Of a stretch of DNA of 64,000 nucleotides, positions 51,461 to 64,000 are shown one piece after another. Under the pieces are notes generated by a model that did not search any database, was not told where the DNA came from, and saw only the letters and a list, made by a program, of their open reading frames with translations. How positions within the stretch are numbered: position 1 is the stretch's first letter; every line of letters begins with the position of its first letter. The stretch is taken from the NCBI RefSeq assembly GCF_001194135.2, contig NC_068990.1, positions 25,659,512-25,723,511 on the forward strand. The letters run 5' to 3'. This stretch comes from Octopus bimaculoides (Eukaryota). The position numbers were made by a program, and so were the translations under genes.

Positions 51461-52480
51461 ACATGCTATATATGTATATAAACATACCTGTTTTATCTCT
51501 TTACTCCACTCCTGCAACCTACCCAAACACCTCATATTTCTCTCTTGCTATCTGTCTGTCTCTCTTTTGCTATCTGTCTCTCTCTCTCTCTCTCTCTCTC
51601 CTTCTCCTGTCAACAATATTGTTACCATCATACTGCTAATATCTCCCTAACCTCATCATCTCTTGCACCTCCTCCCCTCAATCCTCACAGACATTGCCTA
51701 TTTCCCTCTCCCACTTCTATCTGTCTCTCCCCACCACTGTTGCTCCTGCCACCTGGATACTTCATCACCACTGTTTATTATTTCATAGAATGGGATATTA
51801 TTACCTCATCTGGAAACAAGTAAGCGGTGTTGACCACAAGAAGGGCATCCAGCCATAGAAATCTCTGCTCCATCATACTCTTGTCTTTCCCCCATCTCAT
51901 CACCTTCATCCTCTCTTCTAAAATGTGCAAAACCATGTCGCTCCCCTGCAGCAAGATGTCTGTTCTACTCTCATTCTTGAACACCTCCTCTCCTAGCATA
52001 AAACTGTCTGTTTTGGGGTTCATAATCTTGGAAGCTACTTGGTAACCTCCCAAGTACTGGTGCCACTTAAAAAGCACCCACTACACTCTGTAAAGTAGTT
52101 GGTGTTAGGAAGGGCATCCAGCTGTAGAAACCAAAGTAGACAATGTGGCATGAGGCAGTCTTTGGGCCAGTTGGATCCTGTAAAACTTTGTTACCCATGC
52201 CAGCATGAAAAATGGACATAAAACGATAATAAACTTTCTGGTTGTTCATTGAAGATGTATAAAATACACCAGCACAAGCTGTTTCTAAATGCATGTATAA
52301 ATGAAGATGTTTAGCCCTTGGTCAGCTTTGACAGTGTAGACTTTATGTTCAAAAGTATTCAAGCAGTTACGATCCCATCTTTTCCATTTTTTTTTTCACC
52401 CCAAACATAGTCTATCTTGGATTATATATCAAAATATACCCATTTAAAAAAAAATATATATAATAATAATAATCATAATA

Positions 52481-52651
52481 GGTGCAGGATTAGCTGTGTG
52501 GTAAGTAGCTTGCTTACCAACCACATGGTTCCAGGTTCAGTCCCACTGCGTGGCACCTTGGGCAAGTGTCTTCTACTATAGCCTCGGGCCGACCAAAACC
52601 TTGTGAGTGGATTTGGTAGACGGAAACTGAAAGAAGCCCATCGTATATATG

Positions 52652-52682
<31 letters not shown>

Positions 52683-52890
52683 ATATGTTTGTGTGTCTGT
52701 GATTGTCCCCTCAACATCGCTTGACAACTGATGCTGGTGTGTTTACGTCCCCGTAACTTAGCGGTTCAGCAAAAGAGACCAATAGAATAAGTACTAGGCT
52801 TACAAAGAATAAGTCCTGGGGTCGATTTGCTTGAGTAAAGGCGGTGCTCCAGCATGGCCACAGTCAAATGACTGAAACCAGCAAAAGAGT
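52481..52890 (+). mobile_element. SINE family A reference copy (tRNA-like head, CORE-like CCTTGGGCAAG block, internal microsatellite, conserved tail)
   Basis: GCTGTGTGGTAAG (A-box-like), GGTTCAGTCCC (B-box-like), GGCACCTTGGGCAAGTGTCTT, ending GGTGCTCCAGCATGGCCACAGTCAAATGACTGAAACC. More than 10 related copies in the window. Confidence 0.9.
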
Positions 52891-54862
52891 ATAATAATAA
52901 TTTAGATTTAGATTTTAAGGATAATAGGCTTCTATCTCAAGCAGATTAAGTGGCGATATATAACACCCGCTTCGTGTTAGTTCATGTAGTTATTTGTTGC
53001 GTGTGTTCTGTATTTGTTGAAGATGATGATTTAAGGACTTGAACATAATTAATTGATTGTGACAAAATTAATTTGCAGTTGTTGTTGTTGTTGTTGGATA
53101 GCCTCCTACTCAATTCGGATTATATGTTGCATCATTGCTGGTATATGTTACTAATGTATATATGTGTGTATATGCATGCAAAGACATCATCATTTTTAAT
53201 GTCCACTTTTCTATGCTCACATGAGTGGAATGGAATTTGTTGAGATAAATTTCCTATGGCAAGATGCCCTTCCTGTCACCAACCCTCACCTGTTTCCAAG
53301 CAAGGTAATATTTCCCCAAGACCAGACATCTTTCCAGAATATTGGAAATGAAGCACTTACAGCTAACATGATATCAAGGCAAAGAAACTATAACAAACAC
53401 ACATGCACCTACATATATGATGGGCTTCTCTCAGTTTCCACCTACCAAATGCACTTAGAAGGCTTTGGTCAGTGCAGGGTTATGATAGAAAACACTTGTC
53501 TTAGGTGCCCTGCAGCAGGACTGAACCTAGAACCAAATGGTTGGGAGACAAGCTTTTTTATCAGTCAGCTACACATGTGCTTGCACACACACATGTATGT
53601 ATATATCTATATATATGATTGACCACTAAATCCACAAGTTTTTTATTTATTATCTCTCTGTTAATTTCCTTGTGTCCCTTTCCGTTGAAGAGCGTAGACT
53701 TGAAACATAAAAGACTTTCTTACCTTCCCGAGCGTCAAATTAATACACCTGCTTATTGTTTATACACCTGTCTTTGTCTTTTGTTTTTCTGTAAATTTCA
53801 GCTATATATATATATATATATCTGTCTGTCTGTCTGTCTGTCCCTAAATGGTCAAGCAGAGGTGGCGAACATGAACATACCATTTTGTCTGTAACGTATT
53901 GTAATAACATATCCTGTTTTAGTGTTTGGGTCTGTTTTAGTGTATTATCTAAATCAGTTGTGTTGAATTAACTCTGGTGACATTTAGAATGAGCACAATA
54001 GTTCTCAGAACGGGTACCTGTAGGAAAATGCTTGCAGGAAGGTAATTCAAAAGAATCATTTCCTGGTTGGGAAGGTAGCCTTTTGTGATCATATTTCTGT
54101 AAAAGCACCCTTTTGTGATCATATTTCTGTAAAAGCACCCACTACACTCTTGGAGTGGTTGGCTTTAGGAAGGGCATCCAGCTGTAGAAACCCTGCCAAA
54201 TCAGATTGGAGCCTGGTGTAGCCATCTGGTTCGCCAGTCCTCAGTCAAATCGGCCAACCCATGCTAGCATGGAAAGCGGACGTTAAACAATGATGATGAT
54301 GTTGTAATATGCTGCCTTTGCTTCAATTTATTTTGAACTCAAGGAAGACGTTAGTAAAATAACTTTGTCATTGAGCTGGTGTTTGGAACATAAACCAACA
54401 GGTTTAAAAAGGAATTTTAATGGGAGATTTTAGAGTAGATCACTTCAAAACGGGAAGTTTGTATTATGGAACCAAAGGCTGTCTTAGATAGAGGTTGGTT
54501 TTTGAAAGGGTTAACGGCTACACAACCTTAATAAAAATGAAACAACATTCATTTTAGCATTAACCAGGTGCATCTTAAAGCAAACATCGAGTTGCTGTTA
54601 AACCAGATTTTGTTGGAAAATAAAAAGAAAGAAAAAGTGTTTTCTATGAATATAATGGTGAAATAAAGCTGAAAGAGTGTGACTTAAGAGATGACAGGAG
54701 ACTATTTAAGCTGCGTGAGTGATTCACAACAGATTACCAACAGATTATTAAGAAGTTAAGCTTGGAATTTGAAGGGAGTTATGGCTTTTTAGCTTGGCTA
54801 AGAAATAATAATAATGTAAGTTGGAGATCACATTAGTCTCTATAAAATAGTTGCTGCTGCTG

Positions 54863-54920
<58 letters not shown>

Positions 54921-56239
54921 TATTATTCAAGCTGGCAGAATTGTTAGAACATAAAGGCAGACAAAATGCCACGAAGCATTCTGCCCGACATGCTGAGTTC
55001 AAATTCTGCTGAGGTCGACTTTGCCTTTCATCCTTTTGGAGTCAGTGAAATACATACCAGCTGAGAATTGGGGTCAATGTAATCAACTTATGCCCCCCAC
55101 CCCTAAATTTCAGGCCTTGTGCCTTTAATAAAAGGGATTATTATTATTATTATCTGAAATGCTCATTGTGAAGGCTAAAACAAAATGAGGTAAAACACAC
55201 ACACCCACAATGGAAACTGATTGTCATCTGCTTGTGGGTCCACCAACTTAAGGGATGTTGCCCTTAGGAATCAGCTAATTGCTGTCTCCTGCGTTTTGGG
55301 TTTCTTTTCTCTCCAATNNNNNNNNNNNNNNNNNNNNNNNNNNNNNNNNNNNNNNNNNNNNNNNNNNNNNNNNNNNNNNNNNNNNNNNNNNNNNNNNNNN
55401 NNNNNNNNNNNNNNNNNNNNNNNNNNNNNNNNNNNNNNNNNNNNNNNNNNNNNNNNNNNNNNNNNNNNNNNNNNNNNNNNNNNNNNNNNNNNNNNNNNNN
55501 NNNNNNNNNNNNNNNNNNNNNNNNNNNNNNNNNNNNNNNNNNNNNNNNNNNNNNNNNNNNNNNNNNNNNNNNNNNNNNNNNNNNNNNNNNNNNNNNNNNN
55601 NNNNNNNNNNNNNNNNNNNNNNNNNNNNNNNNNNNNNNNNNNNNNNNNNNNNNNNNNNNNNNNNNNNNNNNNNNNNNNNNNNNNNNNNNNNNNNNNNNNN
55701 NNNNNNNNNNNNNNNNNNNNNNNNNNNNNNNNNNNNNNNNNNNNNNATTAATGTTTGTTTTTATGTTCAGTTAAGAACAATTTTACATTAATCTGATGGA
55801 TTACTTTATATTTTTGTAGAGTACAAATTTCTTATTCTTTAACAAGAATAGTGTTGACGGTGACTTTGAAGTTTTGACCAGCTAAGTCATCATTGGACTG
55901 TGTGGTAAGAAGTTTGCTTCCTAACCACATGGTTCAGGGTTCTGTTCCACTGCATGGCTCCTTGAGAGCAAATGTCTTATAACCTCAGAACAACCAAAGC
56001 CTTGTGAGTGGATTTGGTAGACAGAAACTAAAAGAAGCCTGCCATATGTATATATATTTTGTGTGCGTATGTTTTGTTCTCTACTGCTCGACAACTGGTG
56101 TTGGTGTGTTAATGTCGCCATAACTTAGCAGTTCATCAAAAGGAACTAAAATAAATATAGTGTTGATTCACTCTACTAAAAATTCTTCAAGGTGTTGTCT
56201 GAGCAAGGCCACTGTCTAATGGCTAAAACAAATAAAAGA

Positions 56240-56700
56240 TAGCTGATATCTTGAGTATTGAGGCGATGGTGCACAAGTACCAGTTATGTTGGACTGGACA
56301 CCTTATTAGAATGAAGGAGAGCAGGATCCCTAAGCAGATTCTATATGGGGAACTTGTGAATAGAAAGAGACCCTCGCAGAAACCAAGGCTACGATTTAAG
56401 GACTGTGTCAAGTCCTCATTAAAGGCCTGTGATATGCAGGACACTGACTAGGAGAACAATGCCTGTCATCGCCACAGATGGAGGAAGCAGGTTAAGGAGG
56501 GGGTCAACACCTTTGAGAGAGCACGTATTCTGCATGAAGAACTTAAGCATGCTGCTCGAAAGCGCACTGCTGGTGTAGTGAATGGGAAAAGCTTGGTTTG
56601 CAATGTTTGCAGTCGTGTATGCTTGTCAAGAGCAGGGCTCATTAGCCACCAACGGAGCCGTAAATGCAAAATATAAGTCCTAGAGCGCACAATGTTCCTG
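56240..56700 (+). mobile_element. RTE (BovB-like) LINE ORF2 C-terminus with a terminal zinc finger
   Basis: QLCWTGHLIRMKESRIPKQILYGELVNRKRPSQKPRLRFKDCVKSSLKACDMQDTD*ENNACHRHRWRKQVKEGVNTFERARI...LVCNVCSRVCLSRAGLISHQRSRKCKI*, the typical RTE pattern W.GH..RM...R.PK..LYGEL..G.R....P..RFKD. Confidence 0.9.
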
Positions 56701-57517
56701 AAGGTCAGCAATGGCCTTCCTCAGTCACAAGTGGATGGCNNNNNNNNNNNNNNNNNNNNNNNNNNNNNNNNNNNNNNNNNNNNNNNNNNNNNNNNNNNNN
56801 NNNNNNNNNNNNNNNNNNNNNNNNNNNNNNNNNNNNNNNNNNNNNNNNNNNNNNNNNNNNNNNNNNNNNNNNNNNNNNNNNNNNNNNNNNNNNNNNNNNN
56901 NNNNNNNNNNNNNNNNNNNNNNNNNNNNNNNNNNNNNNNNNNNNNNNNNNNNNNNNNNNNNNNNNNNNNNNNNNNNNNNNNNNNNNNNNNNNNNNNNNNN
57001 NNNNNNNNNNNNNNNNNNNNNNNNNNNNNNNNNNNNNNNNNNNNNNNNNNNNNNNNNNNNNNNNNNNNNNNNNNNNNNNNNNNNNNNNNNNNNNNNNNNN
57101 NNNNNNNNNNNNNNNNNNNNNNNNNNNNNNNNNNNNNNNNNNNNNNNNNNNNNNNNNNNNNNNNNNNNNNNNNNNNNNNNNNNNNNNNNNNNNNNNNNNN
57201 NNNNNNNNNNNNNNNNNNNNNNNNNNNNNNNNNNNNNNNNNNNNNNNNNNNNNNNNNNNNNNNNNNNNNNNNNNNNNNNNNNNNNNNNNNNNNNNNNNNN
57301 NNNNNNNNNNNNNNNNNNNNNNNNNNNNNNNNNNNNNNNNNNNNNNNNNNNNNNNNNNNNNNNNNNNNNNNNNNNNNNNNNNNNNNNNTAACGCCAACCA
57401 CTCTGAGAGTGTAGTGGGTCCTTTTTACGTGCCACCGGCAAAATATTAAAAAGAATGACACCACTTGTTCGACAGTGATGCTCATTTACAACCTTCAAGC
57501 AATGTCAAGACAAGGGG

Positions 57518-57565
<48 letters not shown>

Positions 57566-58621
57566 CAGGCTTCTATCAGTTTCTGTCAGTCAAATCCAGT
57601 CACAAGGCTTTGATCAACTTGAGGTTTTGGTGGAAAACACTTGCTTAGGGTGCCAAGCAGTAGGATTGAACCCAGAACCATGTGGTCGGGAAGCAAACAC
57701 CTTATGAACACAGCCATGCCTGCACCTATATTTGGTCGCTATAAGCACATCTTCTCTTCACCAAGAGTTTTGTAATCCTTATGACAGGAAGATCCACAAT
57801 AAAAAAAACAAAACAAACTCTCCTGGTGCTTCGAACATGAACGAAGCCTTAGCAACTTGAAAAAGGGGCGTTACATTGTGTATGGTAGTCCTAGATACAC
57901 AAAACCTGACTGAAGGACTGGGCGGTCATCACTGGAATGCCGTTGACTGTAAGTTTGTTCAATCAGGGCTGATCTAACATCAACCACAGAAATGACTCAG
58001 CCTTCACACACACATAGCTTATCATAAGATTAGAAAGGAATGTAGCTGCTATTTTTAGCCTTACAGAAAAAGTATACAATGGAGTCCTTTGTACATGGTG
58101 CATGAAAAAAAAAAGGAAAAAGCCAGCTGGATCGTCATGGATAGAATGTCCTTGATCATAGGCCTTCTGGATCAGGACTGTTAAGCAGCAACATAGAAAC
58201 TCACCGATAGGCATGGTGGCTATGTAGTCACTCAACATGCTAGAAATAGCAGCCAAATTTCCTTAAATCGTATTTTTGAAAAGCAGTCACAAAAATTATG
58301 TAAGCTAGTGGGTATGTTATGTCTGTAAAAGATGGGATGGTCATAGTTGGATAGGTGTGCTTAATCATAGTCAACCTAGATTAAACAAGAGTGCATCCCT
58401 TACTTCTGCCTCCTCCCACCTCCTCCATCCACCTTGCCAACATCACCAACCACTCACACACCCCCACCCATCCTCGGACTTATGGAAGTAAAATTAATGA
58501 CATCACTGGCTCTTTTTTTTCTTTTTGTCAGCTGTTTCGATGACTTTGCTGTCTGACAACATTTACCCTCCCCCCTCTCCTCTCTCACACATTTGTATAA
58601 GTCTCTTCTCTCTATATGTGT

Positions 58622-58693
<72 letters not shown>

Positions 58694-59009
58694 GTATATA
58701 TATATATGTATATGTATATATATATATGTATTGTGTGTATATATTAACATGTGAGTGTATATTTTTTTGTATATGTATCTATCTGTATGTGTGTGTGTAT
58801 GTATATATATGTGTAGATAAGCATGCATACACACACTCACACAATACTTCAGCTGGATAAGTTTTTTGTTTTCTTATTTGTGTGCAGACATGGCTGGAAG
58901 GTGGGGTGGTGGGGTGGTGGGTTGCTTTTGTGTTCAGACAAGTTTTGGGTGTGAGTCTGTCTAATATTTGTATTGCTTTTGCAAGCCACTGACTAACTCT
59001 CTCTGCATG

Positions 59010-59048
<39 letters not shown>

Positions 59049-59321
59049 ATGTGTGTGTGTGTTTACTTTCATTCTAAGATAAATTTGTGTGTATGCGTAT
59101 GATTCAAAAGTGTGTGTGTTTTGTGTGTAAAGTTTGTATTGACTTTGAGAAAAGTGAAGTGCATGTGTATGTATGTATGTATGTATTACATGTATATTGA
59201 GAAGAGATGCTATGTGTGAACTGGGATGTGTATAAAACGTGTGATGTATGTGTATAGAATGTAATGTGTTAATGTTTGTATTTATTTTCAGTACAGACAG
59301 CCTAGTGTGTGTGCATATTTA

Positions 59322-59679
<358 letters not shown>

Positions 59680-60074
59680 ATGTATTTACTTTTCTTTGTT
59701 CGGCCATTAGACTGCAGCCCATGCTGGGGCACTTGCCCCATTACTTTTTTATTTCCATTTTTTTAAAAGTCTGGTACTTATTCTATCAGCCCCTTTTGCC
59801 AAACTGCAAAGTCACAATGTAAACAAACCAACACCGATTGTTGAGCAGTGGTGGATGACACACACACACACACACACGTCCATACAATGGGGCTTTTTTC
59901 AGTTTCTGTCTACCAAACCTACTCATAAGGCTTTGGTCAACCAGGGGCTATAGTAAACACTTTCCCAAGGTGCCATGCAGTGGGACTGAACCTGGAACCA
60001 TATGGTTGGGAAGTAAACTTGAAGATATATATATATGTGGATGTATATATGTGGATGTATATATGTGGATGTAT

Positions 60075-60118
<44 letters not shown>

Positions 60119-60338
60119 AGAGATAAAAAGTTGTTTTTGTTAATTTTTTTCTCTCTATGCAAATCTTCTTAGAATGCACCAAAAACAGGTTGGTTGAAGG
60201 TCACGCACAAATGAAATCTTTTTTATTACAAATATGTGAACTAAGTGTTTACCGGAACACATTCTCGATAATAATAAAAATAGTAATAACAACAATAGTT
60301 ACAATAATAATAGTTGTAGTAATGTTGCTAAAAAAATG

Positions 60339-60888
60339 GGATCTTTTTTAAAACGGGGGCCACATTTTTCATCTACCAGTGTTCCAAGTTTCAAGGTGTC
60401 ATATAAAACTTCTTTTTCTCTTAGTCTTCTTAAAAAAAAAAAAGAAATCCATAAGTTATTCCATGTTAAAGTTGTCGTATTTCTGTAATTTCAACCAATC
60501 ACTGACGTCCATTCAGCCGATATACATTAAGTGCTGACTACATAAACAAACGATTCTGAAACAATTAACCCTAACCCTAACCCTACGGTTAGGGTTAAAG
60601 CAAATTTAAAATGAAAAAAGCAAATAAAACGAAGGTATGGAGATTAAATACGCTTTACATCGCTTAATCAGCCAAAGGAGTAAATATAAACAACTGAATA
60701 CTTGTCAGTGATTGGTTGAAATCATCGAAATAAGACAATTTTTTACATGAAATAAATTCGAATACAAAAATATTTTTCTGTTCTATAACACAAAATAGAT
60801 AAGTATACGAAGTTTGAAAGTCTTTCGGTACCAAAAACACTACGTAAAACATTAATGAAAACTGTGGCCCCCGTTTTAAAATAGATCC
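60339..60888. mobile_element. Merlin-like non-autonomous DNA transposon (MITE, 550 bp)
   Basis: TIRs GGATCTTTTTTAAAACGGGGGCCACATTTTTCAT and ATGAAAACTGTGGCCCCCGTTTTAAAATAGATCC. Exact 8-bp TSD AAAAAATG at 60331-60338 and 60889-60896. 5'-GG termini with an 8-9-bp TSD are characteristic of the Merlin/IS1016 superfamily. Confidence 0.8.
60566..60597. repeat. Interstitial telomeric-type repeat in inverted arrangement
   Basis: (TAACCC)3-TA-C-GGTTAGGGTTA. 11-bp hairpin at 60572-60582 and 60587-60597 with a 4-nt loop. Confidence 0.85.
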
Positions 60889-62538
60889 AAAAAATGATAA
60901 TAATGATCTGAATAATAACAATACCAACAATAATAATGATAATAATAACAATCATAATAATGTTTCTAATGTAGGCTCAAGGTCAGAAATTTAGGTGAGG
61001 GGTATATTCTTAGTGTCCTTAACAGGCTCTTTATTGACCTGAATGCATGAAAGGCAAAATTGACTAAGGTAGGATTTGAACTCTGAACATAAAGATTTGA
61101 AATAATGCTGCCGGGTAGTTTGTCCATCAGTAATGATTCTGTCCATTCAGCTTCTATAACTGTTGATAATGGTACACGGACGGGATGCTGAATGCATTTT
61201 TGCTGAAAGACAAGAAGCTGAACAAACAAGAATGCTGAACAGACATACGAAAATTAAAATTTAATCTCGTTAAATCTCAAGTGCCAAATTGGTGAATTGG
61301 TCATTAAACTATGTGGGTAGAAATGTTTTTATTATTATTGTGTCCGTTTGGCTTTACGTCCATTTGGCATTGTGTCCATTTGGCATTGTGTCCATTTGGC
61401 TTCTTGTCCTTAAGCAAGAGTGCATTCGGCATCCTGTCCACGCATGGTTTATAATATATACACAAGGTGGCAAGCTGACAGAACTGTTAACATGCTGGGT
61501 GGAATGCTTAAGTGGCCCTTTGTCTTTATGTTCCGAGTCCAAATTCAGTTGGGGTCAGGTTTGTCTTTCATACTTTTGGGGTTGATAAAATAAGTACCAG
61601 TTATATACTGGGGTTGAATTAATTATCCCCACCCAAACTGCAGGCCTTGCTCCAAAATGTGAAACCAATGTATGTACAAGGCCTGAAACTTTGGGAGAGA
61701 GAGTAAGCCAATATCCTCAACTCCAGTACTTCTTTTATCAGCCCTGGAAGAATAAAAGGCAACATTTGACTTCAGTCAGATTTCAACTTAGAAGGTAACT
61801 AGCCAGAAGAAATACTGCTAAGCATCTTGTCTGATGTGCTAACAACATCATCATCATCGTTTAATGTCCGCTTTCCCTGCCTGGCATGGGTTGGACGGTT
61901 TGATTGAGGGCTGGCAAGCCAGAAGGCTGCACCAGGCTCCAATCTGATCTGGCAGTGTTTCTACAGCTGGATGGCTCTCGTGCCGGCAAGGTTTCTACAT
62001 CTGGATGCCCTTCTACACCTGACTGGTGTAAAAAGAGTAAAAAGAGAATAATATGGCGAAATGGTAGAATTGTTAGCACACTTTATTTTTTCATACCTTT
62101 GTATGCTATACATATGTCCCCTCTTCGTCAGTATATACCGTGTATACTGTTTTTTTGATTATTGTATGTAAACCCCCACACTTTTATGTTTGTCTCTGTA
62201 TTGTACCACCCATCCTTTGCCCTGTGGCAAATAAATGAAATCATTATTATTATCATTATTGTCAAGACAGCAAAACAGCAGAATCATTAGAGCTTTGGTA
62301 AATACGCTTGGTAGCATTTCTTCTTCCTCTCTAGATTATGAGTTCAAATCTTACTGAGGTCAACTTTAGCTCTCATCTTTTGAGGGTTGATGAAATGAAG
62401 TAGTACCAGTCAAGTACTGGGTTGAGAGTATTGACTAACCCCCTGTCCACTAAAATTGCTAGCATTGTGCGAAAACTCGAAACCATTTGTATTGTTGTTA
62501 TGCTATTTGTTTATTTATATTTTTAATCTTTTTTCCAG

Positions 62539-62687
62539 GAAAGTGTACCGGTATATCACCCGTCTCCCAATGTGAGTCGGCCAGCGAATCTATTAACAGA
62601 AGAAGAGCAGATTAAAATAGCACAGAGACTTGGATTAATTAACCACTTACCAACTGGAGTTTATGATGGCACAAAGAAGGCCAGAGA
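62539..62687 (+). CDS. RNF11: RING finger protein 11 orthologue, coding exon 2 (49 codons + 2 nt)
   Basis: Polypyrimidine tract and acceptor tttttccAG at 62537-62538. Translates as ESVPVYHPSPNVSRPANLLTEEEQIKIAQRLGLINHLPTGVYDGTKKAR(E), matching human PVYHPTPSQTRLATQLTEEEQIRIAQRIGLIQHLPKGVYD...KKIRE. Donor GA|GTGAGT at 62688 (phase 2). Too short for the ORF track. Confidence 0.95.
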
Positions 62688-64000
62688 GTGAGTTGGGAGC
62701 AGTTTTTCTTTTTCTTTTTACTTTTCGAGTGTTGGGCCTCACAGAGGCAATGACAAATGACCGAGACCTTTGGCATTATGCTGTGCTTGAGAAGAGGCTC
62801 CATCGAGCCAAGTGAAATTGTAGTCATGACAGATGCCGGTGTCATGCAATTGGCACCTATGCTGGTGGTACGTAAAAGCACCCATTACACTCTTGGAGTG
62901 GTTGGCATTAGGAAGGGCATCCAGCTATAGAAACCCTGCCAAAGCAGACTGGAATCTGGGACAGCCTTCCAGGTTGCAAGCCCTGGTCAAACCGTCCAAC
63001 CCATGCCAGCATGGACAACGGACGTTAAATGATAATGATGATTTAAACCCTTTTTTCCACTCTTGTAAATTGGTTGGCATTAGGGAAGGGTATCCAGCCA
63101 TAGAAACCATGCCAAAGCAGATTCCAGAGTCTTCTGAGTTGCCACTTCCTGTCAAACTGTCCAGCCAATTCCAGCATTAAATGATATCAACCTGTCCAAC
63201 CCATGCTACACGTTAAATGATGATGATGATGAATTCATTTTCTTCCACTGAAATATGTTTTCATAGAATCCACTGAAATCCAGTGCCAAAGCCATCATAT
63301 TTTTTGTGATCATGACCATCCTGATCATAAATTAACCTTGGACAAGTGACTTCTACTACATCTCCCAGCAACCAATGGTCTTGTGAGTGGATATGGTAGA
63401 TGGAAACTGAAAGAAGCCCATCGTGTGTGTGTGTGTGTGTGTGTGTGTGATCATTATCGTTTAATGTCCACCTTCCATGCTGGCATGGGTGGGATAGTTT
63501 ATGAAGAGCCAGCCAGGCAGAAGCCTGCACCAGGGTTCTGTAACTGTTTTGGCAAGGTTTTTACAGCTGGATGCCCTTCCTAACACCAACCACTTTACAG
63601 TGGAGGTCACGAAAAGCGTCAAGGGAATTCTTTTTCTTCCAGTTTAAGGCCACAATATAGATAAATAAAACAAAAGGAAAAAAATAATCCAATACGAAAA
63701 ATAAGTAAACGAAAGTACAAAGTATAGTTTTTTTTATTTGAAAGTGCTGCAGGATTGATAATGATTTTAAAACAATCCGAGGAAATATAAAAATAGATTT
63801 GGATTAGCGCGTGTGTGTAGCTTTACGAATGTTTGAATGCCCTTTTTTTTTCTTTTGGTGTCTCTCACATTAACGATATATGATTGTAAGATTGAAAATA
63901 AAAGAAAGAAATAAAACTGTATTTGAGAATATGGAAAACTAAACCTGGCAATGCCGAGTAACTGAAACGAATAATTGGACAAACGTCTGTTCTGTCAACT

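Noticed and set aside
54081-54140. Short tandem duplications (also ~16645-16710 and ~61358-61400)
   Set aside because: Two to three adjacent units with no spacers, so ordinary slippage duplications and not CRISPR-like arrays.
62085-62135. Minus-strand CTGACGA...GAAA
   Set aside because: No stem II, stem III or stem I pairing. The region looks like a LINE 3' tail.

Overview
Animal genomic DNA: AT-rich, microsatellite-rich, with several N gaps. The repeat content suggests an octopod cephalopod (inference). The window holds the first two coding exons of one gene, an RNF11 orthologue on the + strand (3059-3166 and 62539-62687). The exons are separated by a 59,372-nt intron, and the RING-H2 exon lies beyond the window. 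The intron is filled with tRNA-derived SINEs, decayed LINE fragments (RTE, CR1/L2-type, RTEX/I-type), two mariner relics and several MITEs, including a Merlin-like one with an 8-bp TSD and an internal telomeric-repeat hairpin. The main unexpected signal is a set of minimal type I hammerhead ribozyme motifs of the Penelope-associated, palindromic-stem-III kind, at 41.8, 49.2 and 59.5 kb, with decayed ones at 24.7 and 13.7 kb. The 41.8 kb motif is built into a ~240-bp element: Pol III tRNA-like head, internal (TAA)n, hammerhead, tail. At both loci of this family in the window, an inverted copy of the tail sits head-to-head with the element. This suggests a hammerhead-carrying, possibly Penelope-mobilised SINE. 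All folds were worked out by hand; no searches or folding programs were run. Most repeat boundaries are approximate.
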